Source of the DNA: a virus
Taxonomy: Duplodnaviria > Caudoviricetes
IMG/VR virus record: IMGVR_UViG_3300031555_002371
Span: 32,001 to 96,000 of that record
Length of the DNA: 64,000 nt
Reading direction: 5' to 3' (one strand)
Shown here: one piece after another, positions 19,850-29,665 of the stretch
How positions within the stretch are numbered: position 1 is the first letter of the stretch
How the letters are laid out: every line of letters starts with the position of its first letter
The notes under the pieces: generated by a model
Database searches by the model: none
The model's input: only the letters and a program-made list of their open reading frames with translations
Told to the model about the DNA's origin: nothing
Made by a program: the position numbers and the translations under genes

Positions 19850-21226
19850 TTAGAATTCAACAACTGCCAATGCGGAAGTTATCTGTTCGTCGGTGTAGGT
19901 TTTTGAAGTATCAATTGCTTCTTGTTTTGCCGTAGCGATAGCTGTTGCACTTGCCGTACCGCCAGAACCAACTGCGGTATCAATATAGGATTTAATGGTT
20001 GTATCAGTAGGAATACCGCCAATTCTTTCCTCTAACGCATCAGAGGCGTTCTGTGCTGCCGCGTCAAGAATTTCTTCCTTTGCGGTAGCGATTTTAGCAT
20101 CAACCTCAGAACCGCTAACTTTACTATTGATATTTTCTTCAAGCGTTTGACGGTAAGTGTCCTCTTCTGTTTTGGTATAAGCATCTGTGATACCGTAACC
20201 AGCAAGAGTTTTGGCTTTATTTGCTTTTTCCTCAAACTTGCCATCAAGACCGAGAGCATCTACAATGCCTTGTGCTTCCTCTTTTGCGGCAGCAAGCAAT
20301 TCTGCCTGAGTTTTGTCATAGGTATCGAGCTGTGCTTTATTAGTATGTTCATGTGCTTTTGCAATCGCATCATTCAGAGATGCAATCTGAATGCCAGCAC
20401 CCTTGATTACCTTACCAGTAACAGAGTCAAATACAACGATTTCACCAATAGTTGTAGTATCGGCAGTAGAAGTAACTGCGCCGTCAATATTGCTCTGAAG
20501 AACCATAAAGTCCGCATCAGATGCAGTATCAGCGTTGTAGTCCCTTACAACAAGAATTAAGTCGCCAACTTCGCATTCCACGCCAGCATATGTGCCATCT
20601 TCGGCTACGCGATAGCTTCTGCCAGCCTTATATTCTGTAGGAATAGGATTGGTCGAATCAACAATGTCTGGGATAGAAGATTCTTTTAACTGCGCAAATA
20701 AACTTTCAACATAAGGTTTAAGTGCCACTTCATCTTCTCCAACCTTAACAACTCCGGAGAATACAGGATTGCTAATAGGCGCTTTTTCGTCAAGGGCAGC
20801 TTCAAGCTCATCTACTTTATCGGATATGGTCTGAATATTCGTAGTAACATCCCAGAACACATTCTTCCATGCGCTTCCAGTCCAAATAGAACCAGTAGTC
20901 CCACAAATATAAAGAATACCTTGCTCCTGACCGGATTCGGGTAATACGTCAACAACCAATACGTATTGCTTCAAATCGGCTGCCGAGATTGCACCAACTT
21001 CTTCTAAAACATAGCCGGACTCAGATGGCTGAAGAATATATTCATGATACTTGCCATCTTCGAGCTTTGCTTTAATAGTCTGACCTTCATATGCAATCGC
21101 AGAAGCGGCATAAGTTTCAGCTTCTGCAAGAGTGCTATGGATTTCCGATGCATCAAGAGGTAAAGCCTGTCCTCTTGACATAGCCTTTACCCATACAAGT
21201 AAATTCTTACTTTCAATTGCAGACAT
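19850..21226 (-). CDS. tail fibre-like structural protein
   Basis: KAKTLAGYGITDAYTK phage fibre motif. Confidence 0.75.
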   Translation of the reverse strand: MSAIESKNLLVWVKAMSRGQALPLDASEIHSTLAEAETYAASAIAYEGQTIKAKLEDGKYHEYILQPSESGYVLEEVGAISAADLKQYVLVVDVLPESGQEQGILYICGTTGSIWTGSAWKNVFWDVTTNIQTISDKVDELEAALDEKAPISNPVFSGVVKVGEDEVALKPYVESLFAQLKESSIPDIVDSTNPIPTEYKAGRSYRVAEDGTYAGVECEVGDLILVVRDYNADTASDADFMVLQSNIDGAVTSTADTTTIGEIVVFDSVTGKVIKGAGIQIASLNDAIAKAHEHTNKAQLDTYDKTQAELLAAAKEEAQGIVDALGLDGKFEEKANKAKTLAGYGITDAYTKTEEDTYRQTLEENINSKVSGSEVDAKIATAKEEILDAAAQNASDALEERIGGIPTDTTIKSYIDTAVGSGGTASATAIATAKQEAIDTSKTYTDEQITSALAVVEF

Positions 21227-21243
21227 AGTATTTTACCTCCTTT

Positions 21244-22227
21244 TTAAATTGTTACCTTGAATGTCATGGTTGCCGCTGCGGGAACTGCCATAGCATAGGT
21301 GTACACCTTATAAGATGTTTTGCCATTTTCTCCGCCACGTGCGTCAGCAACATCAAGTGTTGTCTTGGTAAAGTTGCTCGCCATACCACCATCATTTGCT
21401 TCAACATAAGTAACATTGTTAATGTCGCGCAATGTAGCAGGGTATGCAATAACAATATATTGCTGTCCAACATCAACTGTAATGTTAAAAGAGTATCCCT
21501 GTGTGGGTGCAAGTTTCTTATTTGTCAATGCACGAACAACATCAGATGTCAATGTAGGAATACTACCAACGCCTGTTCCATAGAACAGATTTCTCTTGCC
21601 TGTAATGTTATAATCAGAAGAAGTCATAGTGTCTCCTGCGAACCAGTTCTCAGTGGATTCTGCTCCGAGGTTATTCTTCTTTACAGGTGCATCACCATAT
21701 GTGGCTGATGCGCTAAATGTAATAGTTTCATCACCAACAACAATTGCTTCGCCTTCGTATGTAAGCGGTGAAGTCGTGCCATTTGCAACCTGTGTAGAAC
21801 CTTTTAAAATAGAGATTGCAGATAAATCTCCCGCATCATTCTGAGTAAAGGTTGCTTTGAGCTTTGGTGTAACCGATGTACCAGCTTCAACATTACCGGA
21901 TGCCTGTCCACCATTGTTAGAAATTGTTAATGTGGGCTTTGTATAAGTAGCGGGAATAGCTTTCTGTGTAATTAGCGCAACAAGATCGTCAAAAGTTGTG
22001 TTAGTGGGAACGGTATCGCCATCCTCCAACGCTCCAAGTGATACACCATTCAATGTATGTGCCTTTTGCGTTCTCGGTGTGTTGATAACTGTGTTCTTGT
22101 TTTTATCAACCCAACCAATCTCGCCATTGTCCATAAAAATCACGTCAAATTCGTCGATTTTTCCAGAATCTTTGGCTGTCTGAATGTTTTCCTTGCTACC
22201 AAAAGCGTGTTTTGATAAATTCGACAT
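21244..22227 (-). CDS. Ig-like tail-associated protein
   Basis: Thr-rich beta protein in the tail module. Confidence 0.65.
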   Translation of the reverse strand: MSNLSKHAFGSKENIQTAKDSGKIDEFDVIFMDNGEIGWVDKNKNTVINTPRTQKAHTLNGVSLGALEDGDTVPTNTTFDDLVALITQKAIPATYTKPTLTISNNGGQASGNVEAGTSVTPKLKATFTQNDAGDLSAISILKGSTQVANGTTSPLTYEGEAIVVGDETITFSASATYGDAPVKKNNLGAESTENWFAGDTMTSSDYNITGKRNLFYGTGVGSIPTLTSDVVRALTNKKLAPTQGYSFNITVDVGQQYIVIAYPATLRDINNVTYVEANDGGMASNFTKTTLDVADARGGENGKTSYKVYTYAMAVPAAATMTFKVTI

Positions 22228-22279
22228 AGTTTTGTCCTCCTGTTATGAATTTATGATGTAATAATTACATTCAAGAAAA

Positions 22280-22759
22280 TTAAAACTCGATAACTTCAAA
22301 TCCATCTCCGTCAGATGGGGTAATTATTCCATCATTGGGCGAGTCGGTTGTTCCATCATCGGGATTATCAGAGGGTATATCAAGATGTTGATAACAAGGA
22401 TTGACTGCATTAATGGATATATTTGTTTCTCCACTATGCAAAATATGTTGCTTTCCTTTGTTCAACACCAAATGTATAGTTATGTCTCCTGCGAATTTTG
22501 TAAGCTCGCTATCGACAGGCAAATAAAAACATAACATACGATTTTGATATAATTCATTAGATAACAATAATTTTTCTGAATGAATAGTATTACCTTTGTC
22601 AATATATTTTAGCGTTGTTGTAAAATCGGATAACTTCAAATCGTTATATTTTTGTGGAATGAGGAATCTGAATTTATCAACTAATTTCTCGCCTTGGAAT
22701 AAAGTTTTCACAACAGTTTTTGATAAACTTTTATCGCCATTCATAAGTATCGTGTACAT
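22280..22759 (-). CDS. BppU-like N-terminal baseplate domain protein
   Basis: LFQGEKLVDKFRFLIP..LPVDSELTKFAGDI. Confidence 0.55.
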   Translation of the reverse strand: MYTILMNGDKSLSKTVVKTLFQGEKLVDKFRFLIPQKYNDLKLSDFTTTLKYIDKGNTIHSEKLLLSNELYQNRMLCFYLPVDSELTKFAGDITIHLVLNKGKQHILHSGETNISINAVNPCYQHLDIPSDNPDDGTTDSPNDGIITPSDGDGFEVIEF

Positions 22760-22780
22760 GAAAAACCTCCTTCCATATTA

Positions 22781-23236
22781 TTAAGATTGTGTACTTAAAT
22801 AAGTTATTACCTCTTCAACCGTTGCAACCTCAATTGTTGTTGGTATGGATGGAGAATCATTTCCAGTATCTCCACCAGGATTTCCACCATGATTTCCGTC
22901 AGAACCACCGCTTTCATTATCGGCTGCAAAAGGGTCTTTGATTGCTAATAAACTAATCTCAAATGTTTTTGCAATTTTACTCGCATTTGTACCCTGCAAA
23001 GCTAAAGTAAATTCACCCGCTTTGATTTCTTTTGGTAGAAAAACAGCGTTTTCACTATCAAGTGTTTGATTATATGGATTTCCATTTTGTTTAAATTGTG
23101 CAAATGAAGTTAAGCTAATCCAATCACCAGATAAATCAAAAACGAAACGGATGAAGTTTTGCGTACCTACAACAAAACGTTTTTGATTGGTTGCAATTTT
23201 TAATTTCTGACCAATTACATCAACATATATATCCAT
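22781..23236 (-). CDS. baseplate-like hypothetical protein
   Basis: VVGTQNFIRFVFDLSGDW pattern, position in the tail module. Confidence 0.5.
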   Translation of the reverse strand: MDIYVDVIGQKLKIATNQKRFVVGTQNFIRFVFDLSGDWISLTSFAQFKQNGNPYNQTLDSENAVFLPKEIKAGEFTLALQGTNASKIAKTFEISLLAIKDPFAADNESGGSDGNHGGNPGGDTGNDSPSIPTTIEVATVEEVITYLSTQS

Positions 23237-23269
23237 TTTATCTCTCCTAACTACAATATAATATTAACT

Positions 23270-23821
23270 TCATTCATTTGCTTTTTTTACATATTCTGCA
23301 GTACCGACATATCTATGTTCGACATCACGAGGCGGTCGTTTCGGCAATGCGCGAAGTTCATTCATAAGACCTAAGACGAATGAGTTTCCATGTTCTTTCT
23401 CGTAAATAGCATATCGTTTTTCGAGACATTCCATAGAGTAATCATCTATCCACTCCTGTTCGTACACAAATTTGTGATGCTGTAGGGTAATAAATGATTT
23501 AATGTCCTCTTTGTCAGATTCGATTAACATTTCAATAGAATCTTCTATCTTCTTAAACCTATTATCCGCATCGGCAAACCCTTTATCAACAACTGCCTTT
23601 TCTTCATAGAACTTATTCAAATCTTTGATTTCTTCTTCAATCCTATCATGTTCTTTCTTTTCCTCTAATGCCTTATTTGTCGATTTGCGAACTTTTGCTT
23701 TTATCCAATCAACAAAAGTAATTCCTTCTTTGATTGCCAAAATGAAAATTAGTGCAAATACCAAAAATTCCGCAAAAGAGTATTTAGAAAGAAAGTCTCC
23801 GATTGATATAATATCTTTCAT
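23270..23821 (-). CDS. holin-like single-TM membrane protein
   Basis: N-terminal TM, coiled coil, YAIYEKEHGNSFV. Confidence 0.5.
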   Translation of the reverse strand: MKDIISIGDFLSKYSFAEFLVFALIFILAIKEGITFVDWIKAKVRKSTNKALEEKKEHDRIEEEIKDLNKFYEEKAVVDKGFADADNRFKKIEDSIEMLIESDKEDIKSFITLQHHKFVYEQEWIDDYSMECLEKRYAIYEKEHGNSFVLGLMNELRALPKRPPRDVEHRYVGTAEYVKKANE

Positions 23822-23873
23822 AGGTAATCCTCCGTTGTTGGCGTGAGTGATTTACCTAAATCACCTAACGCTT

Positions 23874-24248
23874 TTATTTTTCTTCAATAAAGGCGAAAAG
23901 GGAAGTCATACCTTCAGTAGAGATTTTAATATCTTCCAACTCATCAAAAGTGATTGAGAGGGAAGGCTTGTCTACTTCTGTGGATTCAAGTTCAACGATT
24001 GCTTTGTGGCAATCACCACGCCATTCTTCTTTTATTTTAATACCCGTCTCTGTTTCAATGAATTTTCCCTTATCATCTTTTTCGCCATACTTTTCTATAA
24101 TTTCTTGCAATTTCTCTTTATAAAACTTTTCGTCAGTTTCAGTTGCAGAGAGGAATTTCAAGAATTTGTAAGCAAGTTTTCCAGCAATCTTTTCTTTGTA
24201 AAGCATTGCAACGGTCATTCTTGCTTTAATAATTTCAAATAATTTCAT
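23874..24248 (-). CDS. hypothetical protein (DUF1617-like)
   Basis: IIEKYGEKDDKGKF motif; follows the tail spike gene. Confidence 0.55.
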   Translation of the reverse strand: MKLFEIIKARMTVAMLYKEKIAGKLAYKFLKFLSATETDEKFYKEKLQEIIEKYGEKDDKGKFIETETGIKIKEEWRGDCHKAIVELESTEVDKPSLSITFDELEDIKISTEGMTSLFAFIEEK

Positions 24249-24263
24249 TTCTTTATCTCTCCT

Positions 24264-27200
24264 TTATTGATTCAATAAATTTAAAAGTTGTTCTCTTAAT
24301 TCTTTGTTTTTTTGTTCGAGCGCTTCGACTTTTTCTTCCAAGGTTGCAGATCGTGCTTTGAGTTTTTGAATTTGCCAAGTATTTAGTGCTATAAATTCAT
24401 TATACCGCAATCCACTCCACTCTTGTTCTGTTCCTCTCCCAAAGGTACAAATTGCTCCAAACTCTTTTTCGTCTACGCCACCAGTAATTAGCGCATTCTG
24501 CACATCCTGCGTGATATATCCTGTATGATATCTGCCAGAATGACCATTGTTATATTTAAAGCGCTTGGGAATTAAATTGTCAAAAACAACATTATATCTA
24601 TCATCAAACTGCTCTATCGAATTTTTGAGGTTAGCGTCAGACCCAACAATGAAATCGTTATTCGGATCTACCCAAACGCCAGACATGATAGCTATACAGC
24701 CATTATCGTTCTCGTTAATAACTACACCCACTGACGAACCATCGTACCATGTGAATTCAAAACCGCCACCATCATAGACAGCTATATTCTTAGAAATATC
24801 ATCACCAGTATCGCCGCCTTCAAAGAACCACAAAGCGCCGTTCCAAAGTCTTGCGGTATAATGATCGGAAGTCGTTCTAACATCGCTACCTTCAATCAAA
24901 CTTCCGGATATTGTTCCCGTGATTTGTGCAGCATTCGCATACAGCGAGCCATCATCAAGGACGGCGAACATACTGGAACCAAGATTGCTATTGGATGATG
25001 CTCCGGCATAAAAACGCACGTATGAATAACTCACACCTTCTGTGTTTAAAAGCGATTTTTTTTTATACTGTAAAAGTTGGGAAGTGTTCCCGCTGTATAA
25101 ACCACAGCAACCATTGGTATTGGTTGATTTTAACGATGTCCCATCTATTGCCCATCCGCCGATTTTTCCTTTGTCAAACTCACAATCAAGACCTTCTACA
25201 AAGTCCGCCGTTATTTTTCCCTCAATAATAGCCACAACACCTGTTGGTGTTTGATAACCACTATCGTTTTCAAGGTCAGATACCTTTTCTGGAATACCAA
25301 ATGTAATTTTGTCAGCACTAATATCTATAGTAGAACCCTCACTGTCGGTTGCCTGCATACTAATTGATGCAGTGTTACCATTCACAGAAGTAGTCAATTT
25401 TAGTTTGGCAATCGCGCCGTCAGCATAGGCTTTAGCTTCCTGTTCTATATTGCTCATTGCACTATTAAGAGCTTCTTTTGTACTATAGGTTGCACTAATA
25501 TTGTTTTGAAAATAGGAAAGCGTTTCGTTAACATCGCTTATTACTTTACGTTCTACTTCGTTAATTGCTTTGCTAACAACATCTTTGGTTTCATAATTCG
25601 CCTCAAGAGTTTCACGTAATTCAACAACTGCGCCGTCAGCATAAGATTTGGCATTTAGTTCTACTTGGCTAATCGCTTCGCTAAGAGACTCATTTGTGCT
25701 ATAATCCGCCTCAATAGTTTCACGTAAACTTGAAACCGCTTTGTCAGCGTAGACTTCGGCGCTACGTTGTATTTCGTTAATTGCTTTGCTAACAACATCT
25801 TTGGTTTCATAATTCGCCTCAAGAGTGTCACGTAAACTTGAAACCGCGCCGTCAGCATAAGCTTTGGTTTCTCGTTCTACTTCGTTAATTGCAGAACTAA
25901 GATTCGTAACATCTGAAAGCCCAATTTGGAGTTTATTATTGGTTATTTTTAACCCGCCGATTTCACCAGATGTTGCTACAACCTCGCCGGTGATATACAA
26001 TCCATCTTTTGAAACTCGAAGAACATCTTCGTTGTTTACTTGAATAGATAAGATGTTATCCGTTGTATTTGGGTTTAACATAAATGTTGTCACATCATTA
26101 GTGACTATAAGCCCATTTTTGTTGAATTGGAGAGTTGCTCCAGAATTATAAATTCCTAATTGCTCGCCCAAAATAATTTTACCAATAAGTGTTTCGCCAT
26201 TAATGCCATAAGCATATGTAAGTTCATTGGTGAGCGGGTCAATATAGTAATGGCTACCAACCGCAGTTTTAACCGTTATCCAATTATCATTTGTTATTGC
26301 GATTGTGGAGTTTATAATCTTTAATTGTTCATCCCCATATGTACCAGAAAGCGGCATATACTTACGGAACAACATACCATGTTCGTCGAATACATAGTCT
26401 TGATTGTCGGCACTATTTATAATCTTTAATGCTGTTAATGCAAGCCCATTTGTAGTCCAATCATCCAACTGTTTTCTACTATTATTACCTTGCTGTGCTT
26501 GATGTGCAACATTATCATAAGAAGATACAATGGATTTTAAATTTCCAATCACATCATCTATATCATCAATATCTGTTCCATCCTCTCTGACATCAGAAAA
26601 TGTTACAGATAAATCATCAAGATTATCAAAATCTATGCTAAATGAAAGCAAACGAACATCATAAACCGATTCATCACATTGAACATGGATAAAATTGCCC
26701 AATTCAAATTTATCGGTTAATCCATCAAACTCTTTCATTACCAAGAGATTTTTCAACGTTGATGTCAACGAATGTTGAAGATTTGCAGACTTGTATAATT
26801 CTTTTTTTGCAACCTCTATGAAATCCATTGCTCTATTAAACAATTCTGCATTGTCTAATCCATCGGAAATGTAGTTTGAATTTGAATACGTGTCTTCTCG
26901 ACGATACGCAATAAACATTAGCCACAAATCAGTTCCAAGGTATTTTTCAAAGTTTAAAGCATCTTGAATTTGACCTCTGAATGTATTTATTTCACTTTGA
27001 ACACTACCAATAAGGGCAATTTCTGACTCTCTTAAAGAAATTTCTTCCTGAATATAACTATGCTTATTTCTATATGGGAGGTATAAGTTATCATATAAAT
27101 TATCATCAGAACTACTCCAAGTTTCTCTATTCGCAGCACTTCGTTCGATTAAGATGTTTAAACAAGCCTCGCAGCTCTTATAAAACGCATTAAGTCTTGC

Positions 27201-28775
27201 GAGAGAATATTTCTTTAATTCGCTCTTGAACTGCTCGTCTCCCATATCAAATAGTGTGACAATATCGATAGCATAATCAGTTGTATTAGACAATGATTTA
27301 TCTAACATTTGAGAAACATAATCTTCATAGTTTTCTACAATATTTACTAATATAACTGAACTACTGGCTGTATCTTTTTCATCATAATAATTTGTTACAA
27401 CAAAACTGCCTCTCCAAGTTTGGTCGGAATAAGAGCTACTAATAATTTTAACTTGATAACGATAATCAACTTGGGCTTTTGCCATAGCAAGAACAGCGCT
27501 ATCAACTGTTGACGAGGAAGCCGATGTTAATGAGTATACTGCAACCGGAGATATTCTCGTGGCTGTTAATCTTGATGCTTGTTCCAAAGCCGATGTTTCC
27601 ATTGTTTCCGCAGATGGCATAAGGCTGCTTTGTAATAACAACTTGAAATCGATTGTATTATAATATTCATTCATCAGAGCAGGGAAACCTACTATTGATG
27701 TTTTTAAATTACTCAAATCTGATTTATATGTCTTATATTTTGAAACCAGAGAGTTGTACGATGTTGTAAGGGTTGAACTCGGCATAACTGTATGAGAATT
27801 TTGATAATATTCAAACAATTCATCATAAGATTCGATTTTTTCAACAAGTTTGTTCGGCATATCTTTTTTCATAAAAGATGGGATATGCCATAAGTAGCCA
27901 CTACCATTTGGGTTGCAGTTTATAATTGTTGCATCCATCAAATCGTCGCCACTCTCTAATTTGAAACAATTTTTAACCGAATCTTCATTTGTTTCAAAAG
28001 ATACTTCATCTGTAAGATTATGCGTTGAAACAAAAATATTAGTATCATCACCATAGCCATTTACAACATCTTCACTACCACATTCTTCACAAACATCTTT
28101 AAACTCTCCACGCTTTTTACAAATCAAACAATAGCTGTTTAAATCATAAACAGTGATAGTCCTATTTGGTTTCCCGTTTTCATCAGAATGAATTGCATAA
28201 TCAAAATAACATCCAATTTCTTCTGCTATTTCTGACAACGCTTCATAAACTGTACTACCGTTAAAAGAGAATATTCTTTGAATATTTCTTAAACTTATAG
28301 GGACAGATTTAATACTATAATGCGGAGTTTTGTTTAACACTCTATTAAGCAAAGAACAAGATTCATCCGTAGAATCATAAAATACGGTTGGAGAATAATC
28401 ATCTCTTTTAATATCAATTTCTGTATTAATTTCAATTCCGTATATTTTCGTTTGCGCTAATTCGGCTTGAGCGAGAGATTTCGCCGTTATATTCTTTATA
28501 CAAACATTGCCATCACCAGTCTGCACATGAATTTCAAACCACAAATCAAATTCTTTTACCCATAGCAATTTGAAGTCTACAATCTTATCCCATATTTCCA
28601 ACCTTTTACCATTATTGGTTTTATAAACGGAGAACTCCATAGTCCACATAGAATTGAATTCTGCGTTTACCTTTAAATGATGGGCTGGTAAAGTTCCAAG
28701 TTTTGTACCATCTTTTTTTGCCAATACTAATGTAAGAGGTTTGGGGTTGTGTTGCGAATCCAAATTCAAATTCAT
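24264..28775 (-). CDS. tail hub/spike (Tal-like) with C-terminal intramolecular chaperone (peptidase S74-like)
   Basis: follows Dit; C-terminal SDANLKNSI..HTGYITQDV..LRYNEFIA. Confidence 0.85.
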   Translation of the reverse strand: MNLNLDSQHNPKPLTLVLAKKDGTKLGTLPAHHLKVNAEFNSMWTMEFSVYKTNNGKRLEIWDKIVDFKLLWVKEFDLWFEIHVQTGDGNVCIKNITAKSLAQAELAQTKIYGIEINTEIDIKRDDYSPTVFYDSTDESCSLLNRVLNKTPHYSIKSVPISLRNIQRIFSFNGSTVYEALSEIAEEIGCYFDYAIHSDENGKPNRTITVYDLNSYCLICKKRGEFKDVCEECGSEDVVNGYGDDTNIFVSTHNLTDEVSFETNEDSVKNCFKLESGDDLMDATIINCNPNGSGYLWHIPSFMKKDMPNKLVEKIESYDELFEYYQNSHTVMPSSTLTTSYNSLVSKYKTYKSDLSNLKTSIVGFPALMNEYYNTIDFKLLLQSSLMPSAETMETSALEQASRLTATRISPVAVYSLTSASSSTVDSAVLAMAKAQVDYRYQVKIISSSYSDQTWRGSFVVTNYYDEKDTASSSVILVNIVENYEDYVSQMLDKSLSNTTDYAIDIVTLFDMGDEQFKSELKKYSLARLNAFYKSCEACLNILIERSAANRETWSSSDDNLYDNLYLPYRNKHSYIQEEISLRESEIALIGSVQSEINTFRGQIQDALNFEKYLGTDLWLMFIAYRREDTYSNSNYISDGLDNAELFNRAMDFIEVAKKELYKSANLQHSLTSTLKNLLVMKEFDGLTDKFELGNFIHVQCDESVYDVRLLSFSIDFDNLDDLSVTFSDVREDGTDIDDIDDVIGNLKSIVSSYDNVAHQAQQGNNSRKQLDDWTTNGLALTALKIINSADNQDYVFDEHGMLFRKYMPLSGTYGDEQLKIINSTIAITNDNWITVKTAVGSHYYIDPLTNELTYAYGINGETLIGKIILGEQLGIYNSGATLQFNKNGLIVTNDVTTFMLNPNTTDNILSIQVNNEDVLRVSKDGLYITGEVVATSGEIGGLKITNNKLQIGLSDVTNLSSAINEVERETKAYADGAVSSLRDTLEANYETKDVVSKAINEIQRSAEVYADKAVSSLRETIEADYSTNESLSEAISQVELNAKSYADGAVVELRETLEANYETKDVVSKAINEVERKVISDVNETLSYFQNNISATYSTKEALNSAMSNIEQEAKAYADGAIAKLKLTTSVNGNTASISMQATDSEGSTIDISADKITFGIPEKVSDLENDSGYQTPTGVVAIIEGKITADFVEGLDCEFDKGKIGGWAIDGTSLKSTNTNGCCGLYSGNTSQLLQYKKKSLLNTEGVSYSYVRFYAGASSNSNLGSSMFAVLDDGSLYANAAQITGTISGSLIEGSDVRTTSDHYTARLWNGALWFFEGGDTGDDISKNIAVYDGGGFEFTWYDGSSVGVVINENDNGCIAIMSGVWVDPNNDFIVGSDANLKNSIEQFDDRYNVVFDNLIPKRFKYNNGHSGRYHTGYITQDVQNALITGGVDEKEFGAICTFGRGTEQEWSGLRYNEFIALNTWQIQKLKARSATLEEKVEALEQKNKELREQLLNLLNQ
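25420..25890 (-). repeat. 36-aa (108-bp) tandem coding repeat in the tail spike gene
   Basis: ~50-bp identical blocks at 25561 and 25777 (216 bp apart); unit KAYADGAVSSLRDTLEANYETKDVVSKAINE. Confidence 0.85.
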
Positions 28776-28790
28776 AATATCACCTCCGCT

Positions 28791-29609
28791 TTAAAATGTT
28801 TCTTTGATAATTGGTGTATATATAATTGTCACCACACATGGCAAGGAAAAATTAAAATTATTCACTCTATTTTTAAGCGTATTCGTTAATTGTGGGAACA
28901 CATAATTAAATCTATCCCAAATATTGTTGGAAGAAGTCGAGGTAATCATAAGAATGTTTCCATCTATTGTGATTTCTTCTCCTTCTACGCAGTTTTGGAT
29001 AATAGTTTTTCTATCTAATGTGGAATTATAAATCTCCAAATTTCCTGTGCCGTTGCAAACGATATGTAATTTTGGGTAGATATCACCAATATCATCAGAC
29101 ACATCTTTTACCATAAAGTTTTTTGCCGTTGTCGTTCTTGTTACTGTAAATGAAAACTTCTCATCCGCTCCATAAGCGTAAGGTTTATCCGTTTCCATTG
29201 TCAACCGTAAACCGCAAACACGTTCGCCAACTTTAATTTTTTCTATATTAAAGCTTGCATTATAATAAAATGTATCTATATCATCATCGTCATATAGAAC
29301 TCGAAATTTGTGAAAGGTTCCTCTATTAAGCCAACGCATAATATCACGGCATTCATCAGATGTAAAATATATATCACCATCAAATGTTGCATCTGGGTCT
29401 TTACATATATCAAATGTTGCCGTAATGCATTCATCATATTGAATTCCAGAGAGGGAATTAGCTCTGCCAAAATTTCGCGTAATTTTATTAAATGTGATGG
29501 AAGAACCGGCACTGGCAAATACCGCTCCTGACGAACCATCAAAATCACAAACAATGCAATTATAATCGCTCAACGATTGTCCATCGTATTCAAAGTCTTT
29601 TGCGTACAT
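28791..29609 (-). CDS. distal tail protein (Dit)
   Basis: DFEYDGQSLSDY, ETDKPYAY; directly after the tape measure gene. Confidence 0.8.
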   Translation of the reverse strand: MYAKDFEYDGQSLSDYNCIVCDFDGSSGAVFASAGSSITFNKITRNFGRANSLSGIQYDECITATFDICKDPDATFDGDIYFTSDECRDIMRWLNRGTFHKFRVLYDDDDIDTFYYNASFNIEKIKVGERVCGLRLTMETDKPYAYGADEKFSFTVTRTTTAKNFMVKDVSDDIGDIYPKLHIVCNGTGNLEIYNSTLDRKTIIQNCVEGEEITIDGNILMITSTSSNNIWDRFNYVFPQLTNTLKNRVNNFNFSLPCVVTIIYTPIIKETF

Positions 29610-29665
29610 ACCAATACCTCCTTTCGCAATACGCAAAGAGAGATGACCGAAGCCATCTCTCTAAA

